A stretch of 62,923 bases of DNA, filler included, from Choristocarpus tenellus KU-1152 (lineage: Eukaryota > Protista > Phaeophyceae): assembly GCA_964200185.2 (NCBI GenBank). It is 11 parts of 11 records of this genome, joined end to end, with 100 filler letters (N's around TTAATTAATTAA, not from the genome) between each part and the next. Parts side by side here need not be neighbours in the genome. Positions count along the whole stretch, not along the records: positions 1 to 4,038 come from CAXNAD020016545.1; positions 4,139 to 10,601 come from CAXNAD020008086.1; positions 10,702 to 16,469 come from CAXNAD020009800.1; 8 more parts are not named here. One strand, written 5' to 3'. Shown one piece after another: positions 1 through 11,815 of this stretch (positions are counted from its first letter, which is position 1; the number at the start of each line of letters is the position of its first letter). A program made the position numbers and the translations under genes. The notes under the pieces were generated by a model, which was given only the letters and a program-made list of their open reading frames with translations, was not told the DNA's origin and made no database searches.

Positions 1-7
1 GGTTGGG

Positions 8-182
8 AGGTTAAACAGTTGGGGGGGGGGGGGGTTGTGAGGGGGCGTCCGTTTCGATCAAACAACTCTTTTTTTCCCTGACATTTCAAATTCGACACGT
101 GCGACCAAATCACACCAAAGAGTGAAATCGAACAAAGAGTGAAAAACGGACGCCGACACCGCCCCCCCAGATACTTTGACCC
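8..182 (-). mobile_element. MITE family A copy (one end degenerate)
   Basis: Reverse complement of the 3845-4023 element; ends in CCCCCCAGATACTTTGACCC. Confidence 0.85.
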
Positions 183-183
183 T

Positions 184-375
184 GGAGGCATAGGGAGGCA
201 GTGGTACAGCATAGCTGATAGTAGAATAGTAAGTAAGTAGATAAATGCCTTACACATTTTACGACATCTGGTGCTGTTCTAGGGATTTTTTTTGACATGT
301 GAATAGTTTTCATTGGTTTTCCCCTGACACATCTACAAAATGTCAGAGGACATAATCATAAAAATAGTATAGTGT
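184..375 (+). mobile_element. 3' UTR fragment of CRE-like LINE family with terminal hairpin
   Basis: CTGACACATCTACAAAATGTCAG (324-346) followed by a TAA-rich tail, also seen at 7024, 20760(-) and 45904(-). Confidence 0.55.
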
Positions 376-515
376 GTGTGGTTGTATACTCTAACTTCTT
401 ACAGAAAAGAGAGGGTGATTTTAGAGGTAGGTTGGATAGTTTCCGACATCGTACGTGGAATCATAAGATGAAAGTGCAGCTCGCCACACACAACCTCGTA
501 CGCGGAAGCATAAGA

Positions 516-532
516 TAGGGTTAGGGTTAGGG
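516..532 (+). repeat. Interstitial telomere-type repeat (TTAGGG)~3
   Basis: TAGGGTTAGGGTTAGGG read directly. Confidence 0.8.
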
Positions 533-1839
533 CAAACATCGATCGCCTTCTTTCCTTACTCCACATAATGAGGCACGTCTTAACATTTTTGTAGATGACT
601 CACCTATACAATCCTGCAGAGCCACGTTTAGCAATGACATCAGGAGCCTTATTCTCAGTACAAAAATAAACTGGTCTAATTCAGGTTTGTGGTGCTTGAA
701 GCAGAGGCGTCTGGATGCATTTGGTTTGGGGGGGGGTGTTATGTGGTACTGTAAGGCCAATGCATGCATTCGACTCTTCATCAATGGTACATCTTGCAGG
801 AGATAGTGCAGACCCTTACACGCAACCTGTCACACTCCCTCTGCAGGAGGTGAAGTGGTCGGAGCGTATAGAATATGTGGAAATGAAGAGGTTTCTGGTC
901 GGTTGCAACCTAGACAATGTGATGTTTCTGATGTGTGAGACAGGACTCACTTTGAGGGACCCAAGACAAGTGAGTCCCTCGAGGTTCCTAAAAGTTTCCT
1001 CGGGTTGTGAAGTAATTTGTTGTTGAGTTGGATTTTATAGAATTGGTGTTGGGGTTAAGATATTGGAGTGATGACCCCCTCACTATGAGAGAGGAGTTAT
1101 GAACAGAGATGTAGGCTTCCCCTTTGTTCCAAAACACAAGCACCCTTTCGAATGGTGGTAAACCACCCCAAGAGAGATACATGCTGATTATCATTTATTG
1201 GCACAGTTCCTTTCAGGGAGGGTTGCGTGGGGACAGAATGGTAACGTGCACCTTTGAGTGAGATGTGTACTTTATGTCAACTTTATAATTCACATGAAAA
1301 GTATGTGACCTTGTGAGCCCTCCCCGCTTGCACATGGAGTGTATATTAAATTCATTGACTGAAACTGCAATAAATGAGTCTACTGGCGTTCCCTTCCCAT
1401 GCAATTTTGTTTACATGGTACGTTAACACGGTTGTGGAAAACTCCAGCCTGAACCAAAAGCACATTAAAGGCACTTCAGGGAAGTGTGTTATGCAGTGTA
1501 TATTACATTCAAGTTTCTAAGTAGATGGAGTAAAACGAATGGTATAGCAGTAGTAACTATGGACAAGATTGTAGGGTGCAATAAAAAAGACATTTTTTTT
1601 TGCACTTGTGCACCTGCGTTGAGCAGTAGATGCAGAGTAGATATTGCTTTGTTACATGTTCAGGCAGGTAAAAATGACCGTCACAGGGTCAAAACACATA
1701 CGTAGTAGTTTTTATCATACTCCTAAGGGTCAGTTTTAGGGGAGTCAGGATTGAGTGGCGACCTCCCACATATTGTATAATCTTGAGTCACACCACATCT
1801 ACAACGAAGTGGTGGGACTTGACTTTCTAACTACTATCA

Positions 1840-2620
1840 CGAATAGGTCGAGAAGAACAATGGATCAAACAACGACCCTGGGCAGCTTCCGATATATGAG
1901 TGAGTGAGATTGAGGACAAACAGTTTACCTTGCTCCTCAACTCTTGATCCTTGTCCTCCAACTTGGGTTACCTTGTGAGGGTCATTCCCCCTCCTGTATC
2001 TGGCAGGTTCCACAATGGAGCAGGCACACAGCACCTCCTTACGGACACTAGAGAAGATTAAGGAGGTGGCAGACTCAGCTTAGGCAACTGACCTCTTCGA
2101 TGGGGTGTGTGACAAACGGATTTTTCGCATATAAGCACACCAACAAGTCCAGGCGCAGATGCTGACAACTTTGTGGGGCCTAGGCCTATCCTCCAAGAGC
2201 TACAGCTAACACATGACTTTTGTGGGATTTTTGGTGGCAACTCTCCACAACCTTCTGGCCAGACACAAGAGTCCCATGGAGAGGCCTTTACCCAGGTCAT
2301 TTGTCAGAGCACTACAGTATAGGTACTAGGATCATCTATCCGTGCCATCGTTTCATCCAAAGCCCCTTCGGAGAACCTGGCAGGAATTATTGGTCAAGGC
2401 TGGGTTGGCTGAGCAGGTACAGCCAGTCGTGCTCCAATTCCGAAGGTCTACACCTTGGTCGATGATGATGCCAGACTGGACATAACCCTCCTCCACAAGT
2501 ATGCGAGGCCAGTAAGATGTGCTTACATACACAATGTGAACGAGCTACCTGCATCAACATAAGTGGGCAATTCAGTGTTGATGTAACTTTGTTGATCCCC
2601 AGCACTCTTTGAAAGGTTAA
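1840..2620 (+). pseudogene. Degenerate CRE-like non-LTR retrotransposon (RT C-terminus / RLE region)
   Basis: Frameshifted translations include LGYLVRVIPP, QAQMLTTLWGLGLSS (cf. QAxLPxxxGGLGL) and DVTLLIP (RLE-like). Confidence 0.45.
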
Positions 2621-3756
2621 CGTGATATATTTTTATGTACTGTTCAGAATGAAGTCTGCTGGTATTGCCCATAAGGCAATTGATTACCCAATCTACCTCG
2701 TCATCTGTCCACTGGCAACTGGTTACTATTCCATTCACCGGTGAGAGCTCAGAACTTCTAAGTCAACCTTCAGCTCCTATTGAACACAATCGATAATCTA
2801 AACTTACCTTGACCGCTTCTCCGTGTCATACCACAATGCTGTACCAAAAGCTGTCTCCTTCGATATATTTCCTCTTACTTCTTACTATACTGTTCACATA
2901 TAATTAACAAAAAGTACAATGTCGATTGCACCACCTGATATCACAAGAAGAGTCAAAAGCACAACATATTAACCATTGCTTGCCACTTACCCAACTTCCC
3001 ATGTTTCAACATAGCCCTCTCCCACAAACCTAACCCAGACGGTCTCCAATCGAATTCTCTCTTCTTTGTGAACAATGGTAACCCCCAATGTAAGTTGATC
3101 TATCTTTCCCAACACATAAAAGTCTTCCAGTATCCTACATGAGTTCAATACCTGCAACAAGTTAGGTGTTTACGTAAGCTGCAGTACATTTTTTAGTTAA
3201 AGAAACTTATGTGGAAGTTGTCTCATATAGGCCTGGGCCCCTGCATTGTTTCCTGCATACCAGGGTTCGTTTCACACTATCCACTATAGAAGAATAACAA
3301 TATAACACAACTAACTATCATTCCGATCCAGACCTCCTAGCTCGGTTTTCCCCAAAGAATTAACGTCCAACGAACCCTGTCATCCCGCGGGCAATATTGG
3401 GTTTGGCTCACACCCATTTGGAGGGTGTGCTGGATAACCATTTGCTAAAGTTCTTGGTCAAACTAGCTTCCTCGACTGTGCAGGTTATATTGAGCAAGTA
3501 CTTGGAGAGGCCTGTGAACAACCATCAACTCATCATCCATGGACATGGTCTGATGAGAAGAAGTGTTTAAAGTTCTCCCAAGGTACAAAATCGATACTAA
3601 ATCTCGGGTATAGTCAAGTCTGGGCCAGTAGTGGCAAGACTTCAACTGATGTCTAACACCTGGGAGGGGGTGAGGGAGAGGGAAGGGACACAGTGGAATG
3701 GTTGGCGTAGCTTGCGACCCTTGCATAGGCTACGTAGATATACAGCTTCGATTAAT

Positions 3757-3844
3757 GAGTCAAAGTATCTTAGAGGGTAGAGTCGTGTCCATTTGGGGGG
3801 CCAAAATCCAATATTGCAATTTTGATGAAAGTTTGGCTACATGC
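3757..3844 (+). mobile_element. MITE family C left arm, interrupted by a family A insertion
   Basis: GAGTCAAAGTATCTTAGAGGGTAG...CCAAAATCCAATATTGCAATTTTGATG matches 16853-16930. Confidence 0.8.
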
Positions 3845-4023
3845 GGGTCAAAGTATCAGGGGGGGTGTGTCGGCGTCCGTTTTTCACCCTTCTTTCCATT
3901 TTCACTTTTTTGGTGTGATTTGGTCACACGTGTCGGATTTGAAATGTCAGCAAAAAAAAGTTGTTTGATCGAAATGGAAGCCCCCTCACAAACCACCCCC
4001 TCCCCCCCTAGAAACTTTGACCC
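3845..4023 (+). mobile_element. MITE family A, full length (179 bp), TSD TGC
   Basis: TIRs GGGTCAAAGTATC / GAAACTTTGACCC with internal G/C tracts; TGC on both flanks; several partial copies in the window. Confidence 0.9.
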
Positions 4024-4038
4024 TGCTTGTTAATATAT

Positions 4039-4138
4039 NNNNNNNNNNNNNNNNNNNNNNNNNNNNNNNNNNNNNNNNNNNNTTAATTAATTAANNNNNN
4101 NNNNNNNNNNNNNNNNNNNNNNNNNNNNNNNNNNNNNN
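4039..4138. other. Artificial contig spacer (N44-TTAATTAATTAA-N44)
   Basis: Identical 100-bp spacer occurring 10 times; gives stops in all six frames. Confidence 0.98.
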
Positions 4139-4182
4139 GGTGAAAAACGGACGCCGACACCCCCCCCCAGATACTTTGACCC
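4139..4182 (-). mobile_element. MITE family A terminal fragment at contig end
   Basis: GAAAAACGGACGCCGACACCCCCCCCCAGATACTTTGACCC. Confidence 0.85.
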
Positions 4183-4565
4183 GAAGTAATAAAAAAGTTG
4201 AAGGTTGAAGAGCCAAAAGTAACTTGAGAGATAGGAGTGGTTCCATATAGATAGGCAGGTTTGGACTATCGTTATGTCGAGTCTTTTTGTGGGATAGGAA
4301 TTCCAGAGGGAAATAATGTAGCAGGAGTGCAAGAGTCATAGGTACATGCTGGAGGATACAAAGTAGGATGGGCTCAATTGTTACAGCACGCTCCAGAAGC
4401 TTCCTCCACAGGATGTACAGCTCCAATCTACAGGCCTATAGATTATACTGATGCATGTATAGGACTCCTGATGCACAAGTCGTCAAGTATGCTGGATATC
4501 TCACTTGGGTTACCATCAATATCATCATATAAAAAGGAACTGGCTCTGATGTACCAATTGGGGGT
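4183..4565 (-). pseudogene. Degenerate LINE reverse transcriptase fragment
   Basis: Minus-strand SFLYDDI (eroded YxDD) and downstream FYYFG (cf. FxYLG); 4380-4468 is repeated at 21269-21358. Confidence 0.45.
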
Positions 4566-5595
4566 ATGATAATAACTAAATAATAACTAAATAACAACTA
4601 AATAGTCAAGAAGTACAAATAGATCAAATCTAGGACTTCAAGGTCATAATGGTGTTTATGAAACCGTCATCAAGACATATCGCCTGTAACACAATTGCTG
4701 CCAGGACCAAGTATCACGAGGATATGGTGAGGGAGAGGAAGAAGAAGGAGGAGGGGCAAAAGAACGAGAGTGGCAAAGTGAGCGGTGCAAGGCCATGATG
4801 AACATGATCCAGGCGCTTCTTCAAGGGATGAGTAAGTAGTCGAGTTGAACTGCGATACCTGCAGTTTTCCTGGGATGCCTGGGTGCGTTTGGTTCAGTGT
4901 GACCAGTCAAGGCATGTGTAGGTATAAAGCTAAGCAAAAGTTGTAAACTAACAAACAACCCAGAAAAAAAGTGCACATGTCTTCTAGCTTCTTTGTTTGT
5001 CCGAATATGTATCCTCACTTCTGTACGCTTCCTTTTCATAAACGAGGAAGAAAATTTTAATTGGGTAGCTTACGTAGGAGTGGGATCTGCATTTCTACGA
5101 GACCACGAAATCAGAGATTAAGATAAAGCTCCTCTGCCTCCACATTATTACTTCAATCCTCAGGTAGTATACCTGAGTCAGACCATAGCAAATAGGCAGT
5201 TGTAGCTTCCCCCTTGATATAGAAGCAGTAGTCGTGAAGTGAGGGAGTTAGAGATTGAAATTAAAGGGTTGGCATCGTCGTAATTTTAAAATATCATACT
5301 GATGTGGAGTTCTACAGATACTAGTTTTGACATACCTTTGTAAGATGTCTTTTTGAAATATTTTGTTTGGGGTCATTGGTTTATAGAGTCGTTTTTTTAT
5401 CAACAGAATCTTGCTCCAATGAGATCTCAGATATGTAATTAGATGTTGGTTCCTGTTGCGGAACCTCAGCTTTCTATGTAGACAAGTTATTGACGTCAAC
5501 AATCAAAGCTCGAGAAACGATAGAATATTTTTTCATAATATTTATAACCTTTTTTCAACAAATCCTCACAATGAGAAATGAAAAATCCTTCGCAT

Positions 5596-5843
5596 CGAGA
5601 GGTACCCAGGTTTTGGGCGTTTTGCATTCTATCCCAGTTTTTCAATCTCTTGCAATTCACCCATATTTCTATGGATGATAAACTAAGTTTGATTAAAGAG
5701 CGTCGATTTCTCTATTATTTGAGAATTTTGACACAATTCAGAAAATCTACAGTACGGATTTGTTGAAAGAGTCAAAATTTGCACATATTTCTCACCATCC
5801 AAAATGCAACTCTGGGTCTACCTTCCCAGTACACTTACTTGAC
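5596..5843 (-). mobile_element. MITE family F, degenerate copy
   Basis: Colinear with the reverse complement of 62560-62815 (GAGAGGTACCCAGG...TTCACCCATAT...TTTGCACATATTT). Confidence 0.7.
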
Positions 5844-5914
5844 ATGTGCTTGATGAAAGTCTAATAATTTCCTGTAAAGTTAGTCTGGGCTGTACTACAC
5901 ATACAACCAGGGTT

Positions 5915-5980
5915 CGAACCAGATTATTCCCAGAACAAAATGCAAGACGAACCAGATTATTCCCAGAACAAAATGCAAGA
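5915..5980 (+). repeat. Perfect 33-bp tandem duplication
   Basis: CGAACCAGATTATTCCCAGAACAAAATGCAAGA x2. Confidence 0.95.
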
Positions 5981-6033
5981 CCCACAACCAACCATTTCCA
6001 CCACTTTAACACATACAACAAAATCAAAGAGAT

Positions 6034-6104
6034 TGCGCCAGCCGGGAATCGAACCCAGGCCACGTGAATGGCAATCACGTATTCTACCACTGAACTACTG
6101 GCGC
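6034..6104 (-). tRNA. trnG-GCC: tRNA-Gly (GCC), intronless, 71 nt
   Basis: GCGCCAG/CTGGCGC acceptor stem, CGTGA-TTGCCAT-TCACG anticodon arm, GGTTCGATTCC T-arm, no encoded CCA, TTTT tract just downstream. Confidence 0.96.
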
Positions 6105-6559
6105 TCTGTGTATGTCCATATCATAGTTATTATATATATAATGTAGAAGTCTTACTATGTTACATCCACACACCTAAATTATATACACAATGTGTACGTA
6201 GTATTGTAATTATTTTTCAAACACAAACTTTCTCAGTTGACTTGAGTCGGAAATCACAGCTGGTTGATCAAATGTCAACTTCCCCTTGGAATGTTTGTGG
6301 CACTTCCTAAGAGTTTTTATACATTCCCTCAGCAACCTATCTATCACACACAAGAACAAGGCTCAACCTCGCACACAGTTATGATCAAGAACTCGGGTCA
6401 CACCACAAGCATAATGTTCGCCAGTCATTCTGGACTCCCCACTTGAACCTCAAAATTTATTTCCCTGTCATTTTGAATTTTTCCAAGTTCCATACAAATC
6501 ACAGTTGTCATATTAAGACCAAGAAATATCCTTTTGCACACCTGATGCGCGAAAGCGCA

Positions 6560-7075
6560 CCCACTACGAGGGTTCTTTTGGCCCTCGCAGTTTTAACCTC
6601 GACAACTTCGCAGGGGAAAGTTTTTGGTGGCTCGGTTAGCAAGCAGAAAGTTTTGTGGATGAGTTGGCTACACGCGCGGTGGGTGGGAGAGGGGTGGAAG
6701 GTTACAGCAGGAAAGGAGCTGTCAAATCCTGTTTACGACAGATAGTGTCTGTCACAACACAAGTGACTATATCAAGACGTGTCATGCGCTTGAAGCTGGA
6801 AGCACCAGGGGAGATGGGCAAGGAGGGGTCTGTCAGATTCTTGGGGTACTTCGCTACCTCCTTGCCCTTTGGTGTAGGGCTAAGCTAGGTTGGAGATATA
6901 GCAAGGGAGGGGTGTGGTATAGCTGGTAGCCAAATAGAAAATAGATTCTGGAGAGGTATCTTTCACATTTACAACAACTGTTACTTTTACAGGGGTCCTT
7001 ATCATATTGAGTTGACTTTTTCCCTGACACATGTGGAAAATAACAGAGGGTAAAATAATATAATTGCGATAGTGA
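6560..7075 (+). mobile_element. CRE-like LINE 3' end (RLE C-terminal coding remnant plus 3' UTR)
   Basis: DELATRAVGGRGVEGYSRKGAVKSCLRQIVSV..SRRV; homologous peptides at 39668-39877 and 46045-46368(-); UTR matches 20750-20912(-). Confidence 0.65.
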
Positions 7076-7479
7076 TAACCACAGTATATATTACAGCTGT
7101 TGCTTTTGATATCAATTTATCAAAATAGTGCGTGCTTGATATTTCTATTTCTAGATCAAGTTATCTTCATAATGGTTCAACTTCATAAAATTAATTTTAT
7201 TGTTCCACCTACACGTTTTTACCAACTAATTGGTATGAGTCGTTAGGAAGCAAGCGATCACTAGAAGGTCGAGATAGATAGCCTCTCATACAACTGGTGT
7301 TTAAACTTACTCTTCATCTCAGCTTTCAAATTCTTGTCTCTATTGCAAACACCTTACTTGTCTTGCTCAAGTCTAAGTTGGGACTCTTTAAGATACAGAT
7401 CAAGGCAAAGTAGTCAATGAAGAGGGTGAATTTTCTGACTCATATGTAGAGGTGGAGTGAGATTCTCGAAAGTCTCTTG

Positions 7480-7850
7480 CTACTCTGCCCCCCGAAGGGA
7501 TCTCTCTTTTCCTATTTGCCTATGAATCATATACTTGTATCCCCTATATACTACCAAGGATGTTGGTCAGAGGAGCATTGTGCCAAAAATTTTAAGGTAT
7601 CAGACAAACTGTGCCATATACCTTGTCATACCCAGAAACCCTTTTAACTGCTCAACAGTAAATGGGGGAGTCAATTTGGTTGTGACAATTACTTCGGATG
7701 CAATCACTTTGGACGGGGCAGGGCTCAAACCATACACATCAACTCACATTCCCACCAATTCCTGTGATAATGTACATCATGAAGGTTTGGGAACGTTTAC
7801 TGATCAACCACGTTATCGAGGCATAAATGGAGGAGACACTGGTTACTAAC
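7480..7850 (-). pseudogene. Ty3/Gypsy pol fragment (RT-RNase H connection)
   Basis: Minus-strand PPFTVEQLKGFLGMTRYMAQFV resembles the Gypsy PxTVKQLRSFLGMxxYYRRF motif. Confidence 0.7.
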
Positions 7851-8765
7851 GTTCTCCTTGAAAGTCTTACTGTGGGTTCTGAAAATTGCTTCTATTTTGT
7901 GACGTAAGGAGTGCAGTTCCTGTCCACTAGCGTTATGCACACAATGCACCTCTCAAGCAGAGGGGGGCTCTCTTCGGGTCAGCGAAAAACAAACCCAAAT
8001 CCTTGAACTCCTTAAGCAACTCTGTCAACTATCCTCCTCAACTGCACCCCTGAAGCCAAAATGCTGCTTTCCCTTTATGCCTCAGGTGAAGCAAAATAAT
8101 TCTACATTTATGAACCCTTTGTAGGCACACGGTCTTCACGAATAGAGCTAATGGGCTCTTATTCCTTCCAATCAGACCACACACCCTCCCCCACCCCACA
8201 CGCCTCAAAATGATTTTTGTGTATCAATATATTTCTTTCCCACATAAGAATTTCCTCCTGGCACGAAAAAGTTTAGCTTGGGATACCATGGGTGAGGTTG
8301 AAAATGCTTTGGTTTCACTGCTGTACAAGTGGGGACAGTTTGAGACCTACTTTTTTTTCGTCTTACTTAGATTTTGTTTCTTATCCCTTGACTTATGTTT
8401 CATCTTCGATGTGAGTATCAAAGTGTGAAGGGGTACTTGCGATTTGTTTCCATCTACTAGTAGTACTTCAAATACTCCCCCAACACCTATTGATGGTGAT
8501 AAGTTGCAATCAAATTAGACGTTATGGACGAATTTGAAGTGTACTACATAATCAGCATATATACCAATAACAAGATTTGAGGGTGGAGTGGGTTTGAAAA
8601 CCAGTCAAATTTACTCATATATATTTTTTTGTTGAGTTCTGCGAGGTAAGACTGAAATGGAGTTTTGTCATTCATATTATCATAGTTTGTCCCTAATGGG
8701 AAGTTTGTCGAAAGAGGCCTAATCTCGCGCGGTGTCATGGTAGCACTTGTCGAACTATGACTAAT

Positions 8766-9010
8766 TGTTACGGGGTCTGTTCCTGCCTTGCTTCTTGTGT
8801 ATTGGGTTCAGCATTCCGACCTCTCTTCCCTCCATCTCCTCCCTCGGATGATCTGCTTAGTATTGTCGAATAACCTAGTGTTATCCTTACGTTATCTGTG
8901 CTGATCCACGTAAACAACATAGCTTATATGTACGTTGATCTTTAGTTTAGTACAATACAAGGTAGTAACGTACACATCGGTATGTTATGGTAAGTTAGTG
9001 GGATATTACA
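8766..9010 (+). mobile_element. Putative LTR (TG...CA) followed by a PBS-like TGGTA
   Basis: TGTTA...TTACA termini; GA-TGGTA immediately 3'; gag-like relic follows. Confidence 0.5.
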
Positions 9011-10490
9011 GATGGTATAATGGGACAATAGCATCAAGTGGACAATACCTTGCGGATAATAAATAATTCAGTGTGTGCTTTACCATGTAATTCAACTGCT
9101 AGCTTCCGGAGACGAGCCTCATGTGCGCCAAGCTTCTCAACAAGTATTATCCGACGTTTTTGTGCTATAGCACAGACAGAGTAGTGGAGGTGAACGATCC
9201 GTTGTGCTTGCTACATGGAACGGCATCACGAGAACCAGATTATCGAGAAAGAATTCGGGCATCATAGGGGTTTCAACCAGCCAAATTGATGGAGGTACCC
9301 ACACTCGTCACAACAATGCACCTTCAAAAATCTCGAAGCAGAGATTCCAATTCCGGACAAATGGTTAACGATTTGATCTCTTACAGACCACGCCTCTACC
9401 CCTGAAGTACTTTGAGGAAGTACCATCTGAACAATAGCAAATGGAGATATTATACGATTTCGATTTTTTTTGGGACATAGGTTGAAGGATAAAACACTCT
9501 TGAATATATCTTTACCATCATCACTATTGATATCGTTTTGAGCATCATTATTCACTATTTAATAAAATTTTAAGAAAAAATATTGTTGAATACACCATGC
9601 TCATCCCGAAATGGACAGCAGTCCAACCCATTTTGGGCACCCTTCAGATAGTATTGACACAACAGCCCTCCTTATTGAACCACTCAAAATCACCCTAATG
9701 GAAGATGACTTACTCCCTACTATCCGTCTTGAACAAATCTGAGAAGAACCTGCGACCACATTTGCTCAGGGCCATGACCGTGCCAAATGTCACAAAGCCA
9801 GCAACTTATCTTGTAACAACCCTACCCCCACCGCCTACGACAGTGCTGTTACCTGCAAATATTGTCATGAGCAGGTTCCTCGCTTGGACTTCGTCCAACT
9901 TCAACGAGAGAACAAAAGTTTCTGGACAGAAGTGGAGCCGTCACTGAGCATGGTGAACAAACCTGATCAGGTCCTCAGCTCGGTCGTCGGTTTGTCCACC
10001 TGTTGGCTTGTCCACCTGTGGCAGTCCGTTCGGCTGACCGTTCACCACCATGACCCCATTGTCTACCTCATTGTGCAGAGTCCCCAACCACACCCTGTCA
10101 TCATGTTAATATACCGCAGAGTATGTCACAAAGTAGTTTGTGCCAATAGCATGGTTCCCAGGTGACGACTCATGATGGTTGCTCTACCCAGTCATGCCTA
10201 GACAACCCAGATGGTACTTGTAGGCCATTCTTACACTGTCAGGGAAGACGTCATGGACATTGAGGTCGTGAGGATAGACAGTCAGTTCCCGGTCACTATT
10301 CTCCTCGTCCCTAGGGGTGCCCAGCTGGATTTGACTCCTGTCTGTCCATTTGGGAATGAGCATGGTGTAGTCAACACCATCGTAGGGAGTGGTAAGCATC
10401 AGAGCTTGAAGCCAATCACAGCACTTGCTCCTCAGAAATTGTTTATTACCTGTTCATCTGTTGCTAGGCATTTTTCTTTGCCCTAAGTTC
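9011..10490 (+). pseudogene. Degenerate LTR-retrotransposon gag/protease region (possibly Copia)
   Basis: Eroded Zn-knuckle CKYCHEQ, DGCST (cf. DSGAT) and ILLVPRG; many stops. Confidence 0.4.
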
Positions 10491-10506
10491 AACCAAGGTC
10501 GTATCA

Positions 10507-10601
10507 GGGTCAAAGTATCTGGGGGGGGGGGGGGGGGTTTGTGGGGGGCGGCCCGTTTGGCTCGAACAACTTTTTTTTTTTTTTTGCCATTTTAAATTCG
10601 A
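10507..10601 (-). mobile_element. MITE family A partial copy at contig end
   Basis: GGGTCAAAGTATCT + G17 + family A internal sequence. Confidence 0.85.
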
Positions 10602-10701
10602 NNNNNNNNNNNNNNNNNNNNNNNNNNNNNNNNNNNNNNNNNNNNTTAATTAATTAANNNNNNNNNNNNNNNNNNNNNNNNNNNNNNNNNNNNNNNNNNN
10701 N
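10602..10701. other. Artificial contig spacer
   Basis: N44-TTAATTAATTAA-N44. Confidence 0.98.
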
Positions 10702-11597
10702 GCTTCAAATTAATAGACCTAAAAGAAGATTTAAAAAAAAAAACATGAAGGGTTTCCGCACCTTGAAAGGGGTTTGAAAGTGTTGTACGTGGGGTTGGTT
10801 TACTCTGTGTATTGTATGGCGTCTCTCGTGGGTTTTTTTTTGTCGTTCAGAAACACCCTAACCCTGAACCTCAGCTCCTCGAATCGCATCTTGTCTGTGA
10901 AAGTTTCTGACGTTTTGGTTGCTAAATGCTCTGGTACTGTTCTACTTCCTTATTTTTTTAGAGAGTAGTTTCGTTGCACTTTTTTATTTCTTTTTTTGCA
11001 TTTTTTAAAAATGTATTTCTACCCTCTTTTTGGCAGAAACGTGCATCCTTTCCATTTTTGTAGAATATTTTTTTTCCTATGCTGATACTATATTTTCACT
11101 GAGAAAATTCTTGTGTTTTTTCTTTTTTGTGTATGGGGGGGTAGCAGCAACACTTCGAACCGAAGCATTTGATTGGTTGGTTGTTCTCTCACATGTATGT
11201 GCTGCGAGTATCACCTTCCAATGAGGGACTCCAGGAGCACTGGCTCTTTTACCCTAGATTACGAAAATGTCAAGCCCAGGCCCCACCTCTCTTTCATGGA
11301 CTTGATTGTGGTATCAAAATGTTGCCTGGGCATCAATCACTTGGTCCTGGAATACAACCTGCCTCGCCTGTGGACTGGACTAGTACAGTACAGTACAGTA
11401 GATACTCAACATGGTCCGGACATATTAGGGAGTCTTTTGACTTTTTCTGGCGCTCAATACAGCGTGAAGTGGCCCTGTAGCTGCTACAGGGCCACTTACT
11501 CTATATAGAGTATTGTCATTATGTGACTTGTCTTTTTGAAATAGTGGAGGCTTTGAAACACAATGTTATGTGCGCACGCACGTATGTCGCACCCGCC

Positions 11598-11636
<39 letters not shown>

Positions 11637-11815
11637 CCATCAGAGCACTTAGCTGTGCTGCAGAAAGCTTTTGTTTGTTTTTCTGGGGTTTTGCATCTAT
11701 TTTTAATGTCCCAGAAAAATCGATGAGCCCAGGTTACAATGCCCCGATGATCTATTGCAGTTTTCTGTTCTCCTGAAATGGTTCTTGTCTTCCTCTTTAT
11801 TTCCCCTCTGATCAG

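Noticed and set aside
4083-4094. Palindromic TTAATTAATTAA repeated ten times between N runs
   Set aside because: Artificial six-frame-stop linker used to concatenate contigs; not biological.
5915-5980. 33-bp repeat as a CRISPR unit
   Set aside because: Two adjacent copies with no spacer, no cas genes, eukaryotic context.
5818-6146. Short ORFs overlapping the tRNA
   Set aside because: Spurious translations of the tRNA and the tandem duplication.
6105-6600. tRNA-targeted insertion of the CRE-like LINE
   Set aside because: It lies about 450 bp from the tRNA, and the other copies have no tRNA nearby.
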